A DNA stretch of 43,774 nucleotides from NCBI GenBank assembly GCA_038127595.1, contig JAYPIC010000009.1:1-43774 (forward strand), given 5' to 3'. The notes beneath the pieces were generated by a model that saw nothing but the letters and a program-made list of their open reading frames with translations, searched no databases and was not told where the DNA came from. This document shows, piece by piece, positions 19,072 through 28,239 of the stretch; positions within the stretch are counted from its first letter, which is position 1; every line of letters starts with the position of its first letter. This DNA comes from a bacterium. GTDB taxonomy: Bacteria > Fidelibacterota > Marinisomatia > Marinisomatales > UBA1611. A program made the position numbers and the translations under genes.

Positions 19072-19944
19072 TTGCAACCTGAGATGGTTGCAATGCTTGA
19101 TTCAATCTCAATGAAGGCAAAATTAGTTGTGGAGGGATATATAATCGGTCAACATCGAAGTCCTTATCATGGATTCAGTGTTGAATTTGCTGAGCATAGA
19201 AGCTATGAACCTGGAGATGAGGTAAAACATATAGATTGGAAGCTTTATGGGAAAACTAATAGACTTTATGTAAAACGTTTCGAAGAGGAAACAAATCTGC
19301 GGGCTCATCTAATACTTGATACTAGCAAGTCGATGACATATGCTAGCGGCAAGGTTACAAAATTAGATTACGGAAGCTACCTACTTGCTGCGCTTTCATA
19401 CCTAATGATTAGTCAACAAGATGCAGCCGGAGTTGTTTTATTTGATGAAAAAATTCGATCTTTTATCCCACCAAAATCTACACCCAGTCATCTAAATACA
19501 TTACTAAACACATTGGATGTTAAACAGCCAGGGAATGATACTAAAATAGAAACAGTCTTGCATGAAATGGCAGAAAGAATAAATAAACGCGGTTTGGTTA
19601 TAATTATTTCAGATCTATTAGATGACCCCAAAAATATCTTAAATGGGTTGAAACATTTTCGTCATAAAAACCAAGAGGTAATTCTGTTTCATATACTCGA
19701 TAGAAATGAATTAGAGTTTGATTTCAATAGTAGGACAAAATTTATTGACATGGAATCTGGCGCTGAAATAACAACAGATCCTTGGCACATAAAAACGGAT
19801 TATAAAAATTTGATATTGGACTTACAAAAATATTATAAAAGTCAATGCAGGCAAAATAACATAGACTATGTTTCACTTTTCACAGATGACAATCTAGATA
19901 AAGGACTTAGTGAATATTTCAACAAAAGACAAAAATTGGGTTAA
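19072..19944 (+). CDS. DUF58 / vWA-like MoxR partner protein
   Basis: G.H.S...G.SVEFAEHR.Y.PGD....IDWK, DTSKSM, ISDL. The start is uncertain; the frame is open upstream to ATT at 19042. Confidence 0.93.
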   Translation: MQPEMVAMLDSISMKAKLVVEGYIIGQHRSPYHGFSVEFAEHRSYEPGDEVKHIDWKLYGKTNRLYVKRFEEETNLRAHLILDTSKSMTYASGKVTKLDYGSYLLAALSYLMISQQDAAGVVLFDEKIRSFIPPKSTPSHLNTLLNTLDVKQPGNDTKIETVLHEMAERINKRGLVIIISDLLDDPKNILNGLKHFRHKNQEVILFHILDRNELEFDFNSRTKFIDMESGAEITTDPWHIKTDYKNLILDLQKYYKSQCRQNNIDYVSLFTDDNLDKGLSEYFNKRQKLG

Positions 19945-19955
19945 CCAATCAAAAA

Positions 19956-21074
19956 CTAGTTTTGCTCTGCAATATCTCGCTTATACCTAATTAATTCTAA
20001 TTGACGTTGATATTCTGCTTCATTATCTAGGTCCATACTTTTAACATCTTTGATCTTTTTCTCAGCTTTTCTGTACCAACGCGCTGCTAAATTAAAATCT
20101 TTGGTAAAACCATCAGATCCATTAAAATATTTATCTCCCAAACCCTCATAAGCACTAGCCATTCCTAGAGCAGCTTCATAATCATCTTCATTTAGATAAT
20201 AAGCCTCATCAAAAGCTTTCTCAGCCTCTTCATAATTCTGCATTTGATTATGAATTACGCCAAGATTAAAGAATAAATCAGCTTTTATTATTTTATCATT
20301 TTCATTTTCAATTGCATCATTAAATAAACTGATAGATTTACCCTTTTGCCCTAAATCGTAATACATAGACGCTAATTCCCTTAGAGCATTACTATTTGAT
20401 GGTTCAATTTGTACAGCCTTTTCATAATATGGCATAACTACTTCACTACTCATACCGCATCTTAAAAGTATTTGCCCCGCAGAAAAGTTAGAATTAAAAC
20501 CTTCAGGATCTTTTTCCACAGCAGTTTTAATATATTTCATTGCATTATCTTTATCATCTAAATCCAAGTAACACTTAGAAAGAGTTGTATAAGTTTGTGG
20601 ATCGCTAGGGTTAATAATTGATGCATCGATAAAAAATTCAATAGCATCCTTTAAATATTTCTTCTTATTGTCAGGATCGGACTGTATTTCTTTAAACTTT
20701 TCAACACCTTTATTGAACTGTTCTGCCCAGTAATATTGAGTGTAATTATTTACTTGCTCTGATACTGGAAGAAATACAGCTCTTATTTCAACTTTTTTAT
20801 TTGCATCTATTTTAAGTGCTTTTTGGAGCATGTCATACATGCTCTTCCAATTTTCATTTCTAGCATGAACCTCGATTGCATAAACAATTGGTATCTCCGG
20901 ATTGTCAGGTTCAACTTCCATGGCTTTTGGCAACCATTCTTCAACTTTTGACCAATCAGATTGCTGGATTGCTAGCTTCGCTGTTGTATACTCTTGACTA
21001 GAGCAAGCGAAAATCGAAAACCCTAATAAGGTAATGAAAAAAGATTTTACATTTTTTTGAAATTGATTCATCAT
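19956..21074 (-). CDS. Tetratricopeptide-repeat lipoprotein
   Basis: Lipobox-like FAC after a hydrophobic segment; several TPR-like units (YEKAVQIEPSN, FNLGVIH...YEEA). Confidence 0.85.
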   Translation of the reverse strand: MMNQFQKNVKSFFITLLGFSIFACSSQEYTTAKLAIQQSDWSKVEEWLPKAMEVEPDNPEIPIVYAIEVHARNENWKSMYDMLQKALKIDANKKVEIRAVFLPVSEQVNNYTQYYWAEQFNKGVEKFKEIQSDPDNKKKYLKDAIEFFIDASIINPSDPQTYTTLSKCYLDLDDKDNAMKYIKTAVEKDPEGFNSNFSAGQILLRCGMSSEVVMPYYEKAVQIEPSNSNALRELASMYYDLGQKGKSISLFNDAIENENDKIIKADLFFNLGVIHNQMQNYEEAEKAFDEAYYLNEDDYEAALGMASAYEGLGDKYFNGSDGFTKDFNLAARWYRKAEKKIKDVKSMDLDNEAEYQRQLELIRYKRDIAEQN

Positions 21075-21163
21075 CGGTAATTAGCCTCTTAATTATTAAT
21101 GTCTATCATGAAACTTAATGTTATTATAAAAATGGAAAAAGTAATTCAAATTATAAGTTACTA

Positions 21164-22045
21164 TTAGTTAATAAGTTGAATTCTATTATCAACCTCATTA
21201 ATGCTTACGTTCAATAATTTTTTTACTCCAAAATCTTCAATACAGAAAGACGCGAGTGCAGATCCTCTAAGCATGGCTTCTTTTATAGACAGACCATCTA
21301 CCAAGCCAGATATAAAACCGCCTCCAAACACGTCGCCAGCTCCAGTAGGGTCAATTACTTTTTTAACAGGATACACGCCCACTGCAATATTTTCATTTTC
21401 TGAAAAACATTTAGCACCTTTACTACCAAATTTAACTATTACTTTTTCTGGCCCCATGGACAAGACTTCTTTTATAGATTTATCTACATTTTGTTCTTTT
21501 GTGAGCAAATGAAGCTCGCTTTCATTAATGAGTAAAATATTAGTTTTGGAGATAATTTTTTTAAGTTCTTCTGGAGTTGAATCAATCCAAAGATTCATTG
21601 TATCTGTTACAACTAATGGAGCGTTGGTACATTGTTCAAAAACGCTTAATTGTAAACTAGGATGAATGTTTGCCAGAAAAAGCCATGATGCATTTTTATT
21701 GCTAGTATGTATTGAGGGATTAAAACTTTCAAATACACCTAGATCAGTAAATAAAGTATCCCTATCATCACCATTCTCATGATATTTCCCTCCCCACTTA
21801 AATGTGCCTCCAGGTTGCTGATCAAGGTCTTTCAAATTTTTTGAGAACTTTTCAAAGATATCTAATCCATCTTTTGGAAAATCATCCCCAACAATCCCAA
21901 CAGGAATTGCATCACCATACAAACCTGCTGCAATAGTAGCATAGGTAGCAGAGCCACCTAAAAGATTTTCAGCTTTACCATATTTAGTTTCTATTGTGTC
22001 TAATGCAACTGAGCCAAGTATTAAAGATTCATGTATTAATTTCAT
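21164..22045 (-). CDS. PfkB-family carbohydrate/nucleoside kinase
   Basis: GGSATY and DPTGAGDVFGGG signature motifs. Confidence 0.93.
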   Translation of the reverse strand: MKLIHESLILGSVALDTIETKYGKAENLLGGSATYATIAAGLYGDAIPVGIVGDDFPKDGLDIFEKFSKNLKDLDQQPGGTFKWGGKYHENGDDRDTLFTDLGVFESFNPSIHTSNKNASWLFLANIHPSLQLSVFEQCTNAPLVVTDTMNLWIDSTPEELKKIISKTNILLINESELHLLTKEQNVDKSIKEVLSMGPEKVIVKFGSKGAKCFSENENIAVGVYPVKKVIDPTGAGDVFGGGFISGLVDGLSIKEAMLRGSALASFCIEDFGVKKLLNVSINEVDNRIQLIN

Positions 22046-22174
22046 TTTAATTATTTTGGTTAATTATTTGTAATATATCAAACAAGATTACAACGTAAGT
22101 GATGTAATTATTTAAAAATCTATTTTCAAATATAACTTGTAACGCAGTGTACTTCTAAAATAACTTTTTCTACG

Positions 22175-22945
22175 ATGACATCTAAAACATTTGCAATAAT
22201 TACTGATATTCATTCAAATATCTCTGCTCTCAATAATGCACTTAATATTATTGATTCAAGAAAAAACGTTGATCAAATTATTTGTTTGGGAGATTGTTTT
22301 TCTTTGGGCCCTGAACCAGAAAAAACATTAAAGAAGCTCAAAGAGATTAATAATTGTATCTTTGTTAGAGGTAATCATGACCGATATATAATTGAAAAAT
22401 TATGGGAAGAAGAATTGCCTACACTTGAAGGGATGGACCCCTTTGACCCGATTTGTAAAGCCATAGTAGAAAACGAGAAGTGGACGGCGGAGAAAATTGG
22501 TAATGAGGGAGTTGATTTCATTAGAAAAATGGTTATTTCACATAGAGAAATAGTAAACTCAACTTTAATAGAATTTACTCATGCATGGTACCAAAGAGAT
22601 GACCACCCACCTTCAATTGAAGAAGCTCTTAATTGGAAAAAGCATGTTGATGCTTCTACTAAGAACATTGAAAAATTCATTTTTGTGCATGGACATGTAC
22701 ACGTACCTCGCAATGAAAAAAATGGTAATTTGACAATTTATTGTCAAGGAGCAACAGGACTACCCTTTGATAAAGATACTAGAGGGTCTGTTGCCTTTTT
22801 AGACATTGGCGAAGATGTGAATTGGGAAGTCATAAGATTTGATTATGACCAGGAGCTGATTATCAATCGTTTAGAAGAGCGTAAGACTCCATTTTATTCA
22901 AACTTAAAAAATACTGTCAAGTACGCTTCAATCGGCAATAATTAA
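22175..22945 (+). CDS. Calcineurin-like metallophosphoesterase
   Basis: DIHSN, LGD, GNHD, H, GHVH metal-binding motifs. Confidence 0.9.
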   Translation: MTSKTFAIITDIHSNISALNNALNIIDSRKNVDQIICLGDCFSLGPEPEKTLKKLKEINNCIFVRGNHDRYIIEKLWEEELPTLEGMDPFDPICKAIVENEKWTAEKIGNEGVDFIRKMVISHREIVNSTLIEFTHAWYQRDDHPPSIEEALNWKKHVDASTKNIEKFIFVHGHVHVPRNEKNGNLTIYCQGATGLPFDKDTRGSVAFLDIGEDVNWEVIRFDYDQELIINRLEERKTPFYSNLKNTVKYASIGNN

Positions 22946-22966
22946 AAGTATTTTACTAGAAATTCC

Positions 22967-24070
22967 ATGATCTACTTTGATCACAGTGCGACCACCCCGA
23001 TTCATCCTGATGTGTTAAAAAAAATGCATGAGGTAAACCGTGATTTTTTTGCAAACCCCTCAAGCATCTATAAAACCGGTAGAAAATCTAGATTACTTGT
23101 TGAAAAAGCTAGGACTCAAGTTGCTAATGCCATCGGCGCAAGCAGCGAACAAATATATTTTACCAGTGGAGGTACAGAAGCAAATAATCATGTGTTGTGG
23201 CAAATTATAAAACAAGAAAAAAAACATGTCATCATCTCAGAGATTGAGCACCCAGCGGTTAGCAAAGTATTAAAAGAAATTGAAATATATGGAATCGAAG
23301 TATCTACAATTTCAGTTAATGATCAGGGAGTAGTTAAAATAGAAGAGTTGATTGATTTGATCAAGGATGAGACTACCTTGGTTAGTGTTATGATGGCAAA
23401 CAATGAAATTGGAGCAATCCAACCGATCAAAAAAATTAAACAAATTTTAAAAAAATATGAAATTCCTCTTCATACTGATGCAGTCCAAGCATTGGGGAAA
23501 ATTAAAGTAGACGTTAAAGAATTAGATGTCGATTATTTAAGCTTATCAGCTCATAAATTTTACGGACCGAAAGGCATAGGAGCATTGTATGTTAAGAATA
23601 AGGATGACTTAGGTTCATTAATTATTGGGGGGAATCAAGAAAGAGGTGTAAGAGGAGGAACAGAAAATATTTCTGGAATTATAGGAATGGGTTTAGCTGC
23701 TGAATTGGTAACAAAAAATCAAGATAGATGGATTAAAAACTTAAAAAAATTAGAACGTTATTTTTTAGAAAAAGTAGAACACCATTTGCCACATGCTATT
23801 CATCACAAGACAGATAATTTACCTGGCTTAATTAGTATTTCTTTCCCTGGAAAAAATTCTAATATTTTAATGGCTAAACTAGATAGGGCAGATATTGCGG
23901 TTTCAAATGGACCTGCATGTAGCTCTGGAAATATTAAACCTTCTAGCGTGCTCAAAGCTATTGGATTGAGTGATGATGTTAATCTTTCAACTTTAAGAAT
24001 AAGTTTTGGTAAAAATAATACCATTGAGGAAGTTGACTATTTAATAAAAACGCTAAAAACAATAGTTTGA
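22967..24070 (+). CDS. iscS: Cysteine desulfurase (class I, IscS/NifS-like)
   Basis: YFDHSATTP, TSGGTEANN, EHPAV, HTDAVQ, SAHKFYGPKG (PLP Lys), SNGPACSSG (catalytic Cys). Confidence 0.92.
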   Translation: MIYFDHSATTPIHPDVLKKMHEVNRDFFANPSSIYKTGRKSRLLVEKARTQVANAIGASSEQIYFTSGGTEANNHVLWQIIKQEKKHVIISEIEHPAVSKVLKEIEIYGIEVSTISVNDQGVVKIEELIDLIKDETTLVSVMMANNEIGAIQPIKKIKQILKKYEIPLHTDAVQALGKIKVDVKELDVDYLSLSAHKFYGPKGIGALYVKNKDDLGSLIIGGNQERGVRGGTENISGIIGMGLAAELVTKNQDRWIKNLKKLERYFLEKVEHHLPHAIHHKTDNLPGLISISFPGKNSNILMAKLDRADIAVSNGPACSSGNIKPSSVLKAIGLSDDVNLSTLRISFGKNNTIEEVDYLIKTLKTIV

Positions 24071-25158
24071 AAGAAACTGTTATCATTGGAATGAGTGGCG
24101 GAGTCGATAGCGCAGTTGCTGCATCAGTGCTTAAAGATCAGGGCCATAATGTTGAAGCAGTATTCATGAAAAATTGGGATGAGGATGATACAGAATTTTG
24201 TACTGCTGCTCAAGATTATAAAGATGCTTTACAGGCCTGTGATACATTAAACATCCCTTTAAGATCTATCGACCTAACTAAAGATTATTGGGAAAAAGTA
24301 TTTAAAATATTTTTAGAAGAATGCAAAGCTGGGCGAACTCCGAACCCTGACATACTCTGTAATAAAGAAATCAAATTCAAAGCTTTCCTCGATTTTGCAT
24401 TTGAATTAGGAGCAGATAAAATTGCTACTGGTCATTATTCAATAATAGAGGAAAAAGATCAACTCTATCAGCTAAAAAAAGGAAAAGATATAAATAAAGA
24501 CCAAAGCTATTTTCTACACAGATTAGATCAATTTCAAATTTCAAAGAGCATATTCCCAATCGGAGAGTTGAGCAAAGATGTTGTTAGAAAAAAAGCCAAA
24601 GACTTAGACCTTCTTAACTATGATAAAAAAGATAGTACAGGCATATGCTTTATAGGAGAAAGGAATTATAAAAATTTTCTGAGAAAATTTTTTGATGTAT
24701 ACCCAGGAGAAATCATTAAAGAAGATGGCGAGGTCATTGGAGAACATGATGGATTGATGTATTATACATATGGACAGAGGCAAGGTCTTGGAATTGGTGG
24801 CGGTCATGGCAAAAAAGAAGCGCCCTGGTATGTCTCTGATAAAATCATTGATGAAAATAGATTAGTTGTTGTTCAAGGTCAAGATCACCCATCTTTATTT
24901 CATACACATGTAAAAGCATCCAATGTGAATTGGATCTCTGGCGATGCCCCGGATGAAGATTTGAGTATTACAGCTAAAATAAGATATAGGTCAAATGATA
25001 CCCCATGCAAATTAGAACATGATTCAAAAAATACTTTTATTGAATTTGAAAATCCAAAATTTGCTATTGCTCCTGGGCAATCAATTGTTTTTTATGCTGG
25101 TGACACATGTATCGGAGGCGGATACATTGAAACCAGGTCTAATAAAAATATGTCATAA
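24067..25158 (+). CDS. mnmA: tRNA 2-thiouridine(34) synthase MnmA
   Basis: SGGVDS, TPNPDILCNKEIKF, ATGHY, KDQSYFL, DSTGICFIG, PGQ. TTG start overlaps the iscS stop. Confidence 0.98.
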   Translation: MKETVIIGMSGGVDSAVAASVLKDQGHNVEAVFMKNWDEDDTEFCTAAQDYKDALQACDTLNIPLRSIDLTKDYWEKVFKIFLEECKAGRTPNPDILCNKEIKFKAFLDFAFELGADKIATGHYSIIEEKDQLYQLKKGKDINKDQSYFLHRLDQFQISKSIFPIGELSKDVVRKKAKDLDLLNYDKKDSTGICFIGERNYKNFLRKFFDVYPGEIIKEDGEVIGEHDGLMYYTYGQRQGLGIGGGHGKKEAPWYVSDKIIDENRLVVVQGQDHPSLFHTHVKASNVNWISGDAPDEDLSITAKIRYRSNDTPCKLEHDSKNTFIEFENPKFAIAPGQSIVFYAGDTCIGGGYIETRSNKNMS

Positions 25159-25213
25159 AATAATAGGAAGTTATTTTTGGAACAAATATACTTGTGTTAA
25201 ATTAAAATAGTAT

Positions 25214-25702
25214 ATGACAAGAATTTTATCAATTAAACTAATTTTACTTTTTACAATAAATATTGTTTCAGCACAATTCATTTCTGATCATATAGATAGA
25301 ACTGTGCCGAATAACATTCACGGACAATTGAATTATAGTGATATGCCCCTTTTCAGTCCTGACAGATTTAGTTTTAATCAAGGATTCTCTATGTCCATGA
25401 TGTCTTATGGATCAAAACCTACTTCTATTGCAAGCTATTCAAACAATGTAACTTACTGGGCAAGCAACAATCTTAAAATAAATGCAAATATTTTACTGTA
25501 TGCGCCCACAGGTATAGATAAGATTAATAATAATTTTAGCCCACAGTTAGCTTATGATGCTGGAATTACATATAAACCATCCAAAAATTCATACATACAT
25601 TTAAATTTTCAAAAACTCCCAAAACTTGGCATTGTAAATGGTTTAAATAATAGATCATTGATGAATAACCACTTTAATAATAGTAACTTTTTGCCAAACT
25701 AA
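25214..25702 (+). CDS. Exported hypothetical protein, beta-strand rich
   Basis: Signal peptide ending VSA; alternating beta-strand patterns; no recognised family. Confidence 0.65.
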   Translation: MTRILSIKLILLFTINIVSAQFISDHIDRTVPNNIHGQLNYSDMPLFSPDRFSFNQGFSMSMMSYGSKPTSIASYSNNVTYWASNNLKINANILLYAPTGIDKINNNFSPQLAYDAGITYKPSKNSYIHLNFQKLPKLGIVNGLNNRSLMNNHFNNSNFLPN

Positions 25703-25706
25703 AATT

Positions 25707-26237
25707 TTGCCTAAAAATAATAAAAACAAATCAGATGGGCTAGAAATAGCCCTTAACTCTGCAATTGCGATCTCAGGTGTTATTCTATTAGGATTTTTAT
25801 ATTCATTTTCTCAAAACCAATTACATGACGGTATTGAAATAGAGCCGACAGTTAACTACAATTCGTCCCAGCCTATACTTGCAAAAGATATCTATATTCA
25901 AAACCCGGTTGAAGACATAAAAGTTGAAGTACTAAATGGATGCGGAGTATCTGCTCTTGCTTTAAAAACGACTGAATATTTGAGAACAAAACAAATAGAT
26001 GTTATCAATTCAGATAATGCTGATAATCATAATTATAAAAACACTTTAATCATTCAGAGAAATGAGAACGTAAAAAGTTTAAAAAAAATAGTTGAGTCTT
26101 TTGGAATGTATTTAGGCGATAGTACTAGAATAAAAATAATTCCTGATGAAAGCTTAGGAGTTGATGTTACTATAATCTTAGGAAAAGACTATACATCTTT
26201 CGCAGAATTGAACAATTATATTTCTGCAAGAAATTAA
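25707..26237 (+). CDS. LytR C-terminal domain membrane protein
   Basis: One TM helix, then VEVLNGCGV.....NADN.NY..T...DVTIILGKDY. Confidence 0.88.
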   Translation: MPKNNKNKSDGLEIALNSAIAISGVILLGFLYSFSQNQLHDGIEIEPTVNYNSSQPILAKDIYIQNPVEDIKVEVLNGCGVSALALKTTEYLRTKQIDVINSDNADNHNYKNTLIIQRNENVKSLKKIVESFGMYLGDSTRIKIIPDESLGVDVTIILGKDYTSFAELNNYISARN

Positions 26238-26238
26238 T

Positions 26239-26598
26239 TTGTCCAATAAATCAACAATACAAAAACAATCTTCGGAGCTAGTTCAAAATATTGTTGATTG
26301 TGCGCTCGAAAAAAAAGCAGAAAAGTTACTTGTATTAGATGTCTATAACTTAACTACCCTTGCTGATTACTTCATTATTTGCTCTGCAAATACAGAGCCT
26401 CAAATAAAAGCAATATGTGATAACATAAGGAGAGGAACCCCTCATAAGCCCTGGCATATTGAAGGTTATGAAAAACTATCTTGGGTCTTACTGGACTATG
26501 TTGATGTTTTAGTTCATGTTTTTAGAACCGAAGAAAGAGAATATTATAACTTAGAGAAACTATGGGATGACGCGCCAAAGAAAGAATATGACTATTAA
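26239..26598 (+). CDS. rsfS: Ribosome silencing factor RsfS
   Basis: KKAE....LDV, DYFIICSA, EG.....WVLLDY.DV.VHVF...RE.Y.LEKLW. Confidence 0.96.
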   Translation: MSNKSTIQKQSSELVQNIVDCALEKKAEKLLVLDVYNLTTLADYFIICSANTEPQIKAICDNIRRGTPHKPWHIEGYEKLSWVLLDYVDVLVHVFRTEEREYYNLEKLWDDAPKKEYDY

Positions 26599-28234
26599 AA
26601 CAATTACAAAAAACATAAAAGAAAATATTCAAAATTCTCTCGAACAATTTGATATTAACTTAAGCAAAAAGGATTTGAATTTGTCTCCGCCTAAGCAAGA
26701 ATCATTTGGAGATCTGTCTTCTAACATAGCTCTGATCTTAGCAAAACAAATTAAAAGAAATCCTCTAGAAATAGCTGAAAAAGTATGTCAAGATCTTATA
26801 AATAGTAATATCGATTATATTAATGATATAACAGTGACTCCTCCAGGGTTTATTAATTTTATAATTGATAAAAAATTCTATCAAGATAATCTGAAATTGA
26901 TTATAAAAAATGGTGTTGAGTTTGGAAAAGACCTTTCAGTAAAAAAAAGAATTGCAAATGTCGAGTTTGTAAGTGCAAATCCAACTGGGCCTTTGACAGT
27001 AGGACATGGAAGAAATGCGGTTATCGGAGATACTGTTTCAAACATATTGGAATGGCACGGATACGATGTAACAAGGGAGTACTACTACAATGATGCAGGA
27101 AAGCAAATGCGCACTTTAGGTAAATCAGTAGAAGCTCGCTATTATGAACTTCTTGATAAACCATTTGAATTCCCAGAAGATGGATATCAAGGAGATTATA
27201 TTATTGAAATAGCTAAATCAATTATTGATCATTATGGCAAAGAACTTGAAAAGGAAGATAAAAAGTTTTTATCATACGCTGAGAAAATAATTTTTAAACA
27301 AATAAAAAATAGTCTTAATTCATTAGGGATTCAATTTGATACATTCGCTAATGAAAAATCTTTTTATGAATCTGGTGCAATAAAAAAGTTGTTGTCAGAC
27401 CTTGAAGAAAAAAAATTAATATATGAAAAAGAAAATGCTACTTGGTATAAAGCTACAGCAGTTGGAGCTAGTCAAGATAAGGTTTATATAAAAAGCTCTG
27501 GGGAACCAACTTATAGATTACCTGATACCGCATATCATAGAGATAAAGTAGAAAGAAAATTTGATCTTATTGTTGATATTTTTGGTGCAGACCATACTGA
27601 TACATATCCAGATGTACTATCAGCTCTTAGTGCTTTAGACATAAATACTGAGCATATAAAAATATTAATCTATCAGTTTGTAACTCTAATTAAAAATGGT
27701 GAAAAAGTTAAAATGTCCACTCGTAAAGCAGACTTTATTACATTAGATCATTTGATTGATGAATTGGGTTTAGACATTGTAAGGTATTTTTTTATTATGA
27801 GAAGTATGAATACTCATTTAGATTTTGATTTAAACTTGGCCAAAGACCAATCAGATAAAAATCCTGTTTTTTATTTACAATATGCTTTTGCAAGAATATG
27901 CAATGTCATTCGTCATGGAGAAAACCAAGGGTTTGAATTTTCTGAAGAATTTGATTCGTCTTTATTAAATGAGGTTAGTGAAATAAAACTATTAAAACTG
28001 ATGGCCAACTTTCCAGTAATGATGAAAACCACACTAAAAACATTAGAGCCTCAAATAGTTGCAAACTACCTCCAAGACCTTGCATCCTCTTTTCATAAGT
28101 TTTATGGTAATTGTAAAGTTATCACTGAAGATAAAAAACTATCCCATGCTAGATTAGGCTTAATACATGGATCAAAAATAATTCTATCAACCGGATTAAC
28201 TTTACTGGGTATAAGTGCTCCAGAAAAAATGTAA
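26588..28234 (+). CDS. argS: Arginine--tRNA ligase
   Basis: FGDLSSN, PGFINF, VEFVSANPTGPLTVGHGR, GADH, KMSTR, NPVFYLQYA. The ATG at 26588 is preferred over 26567. Confidence 0.98.
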   Translation: MTIKTITKNIKENIQNSLEQFDINLSKKDLNLSPPKQESFGDLSSNIALILAKQIKRNPLEIAEKVCQDLINSNIDYINDITVTPPGFINFIIDKKFYQDNLKLIIKNGVEFGKDLSVKKRIANVEFVSANPTGPLTVGHGRNAVIGDTVSNILEWHGYDVTREYYYNDAGKQMRTLGKSVEARYYELLDKPFEFPEDGYQGDYIIEIAKSIIDHYGKELEKEDKKFLSYAEKIIFKQIKNSLNSLGIQFDTFANEKSFYESGAIKKLLSDLEEKKLIYEKENATWYKATAVGASQDKVYIKSSGEPTYRLPDTAYHRDKVERKFDLIVDIFGADHTDTYPDVLSALSALDINTEHIKILIYQFVTLIKNGEKVKMSTRKADFITLDHLIDELGLDIVRYFFIMRSMNTHLDFDLNLAKDQSDKNPVFYLQYAFARICNVIRHGENQGFEFSEEFDSSLLNEVSEIKLLKLMANFPVMMKTTLKTLEPQIVANYLQDLASSFHKFYGNCKVITEDKKLSHARLGLIHGSKIILSTGLTLLGISAPEKM

Positions 28235-28239
28235 AAACT

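Noticed and set aside
22068..22108. Overlapping inverted repeats TTGTAAT-N12-ATTACAA and ATTACA-N10-TGTAAT in the divergent pfkB/phosphoesterase gap
   Set aside because: Short AT-rich arms are likely by chance at this base composition, and there is no adjacent regulator gene.
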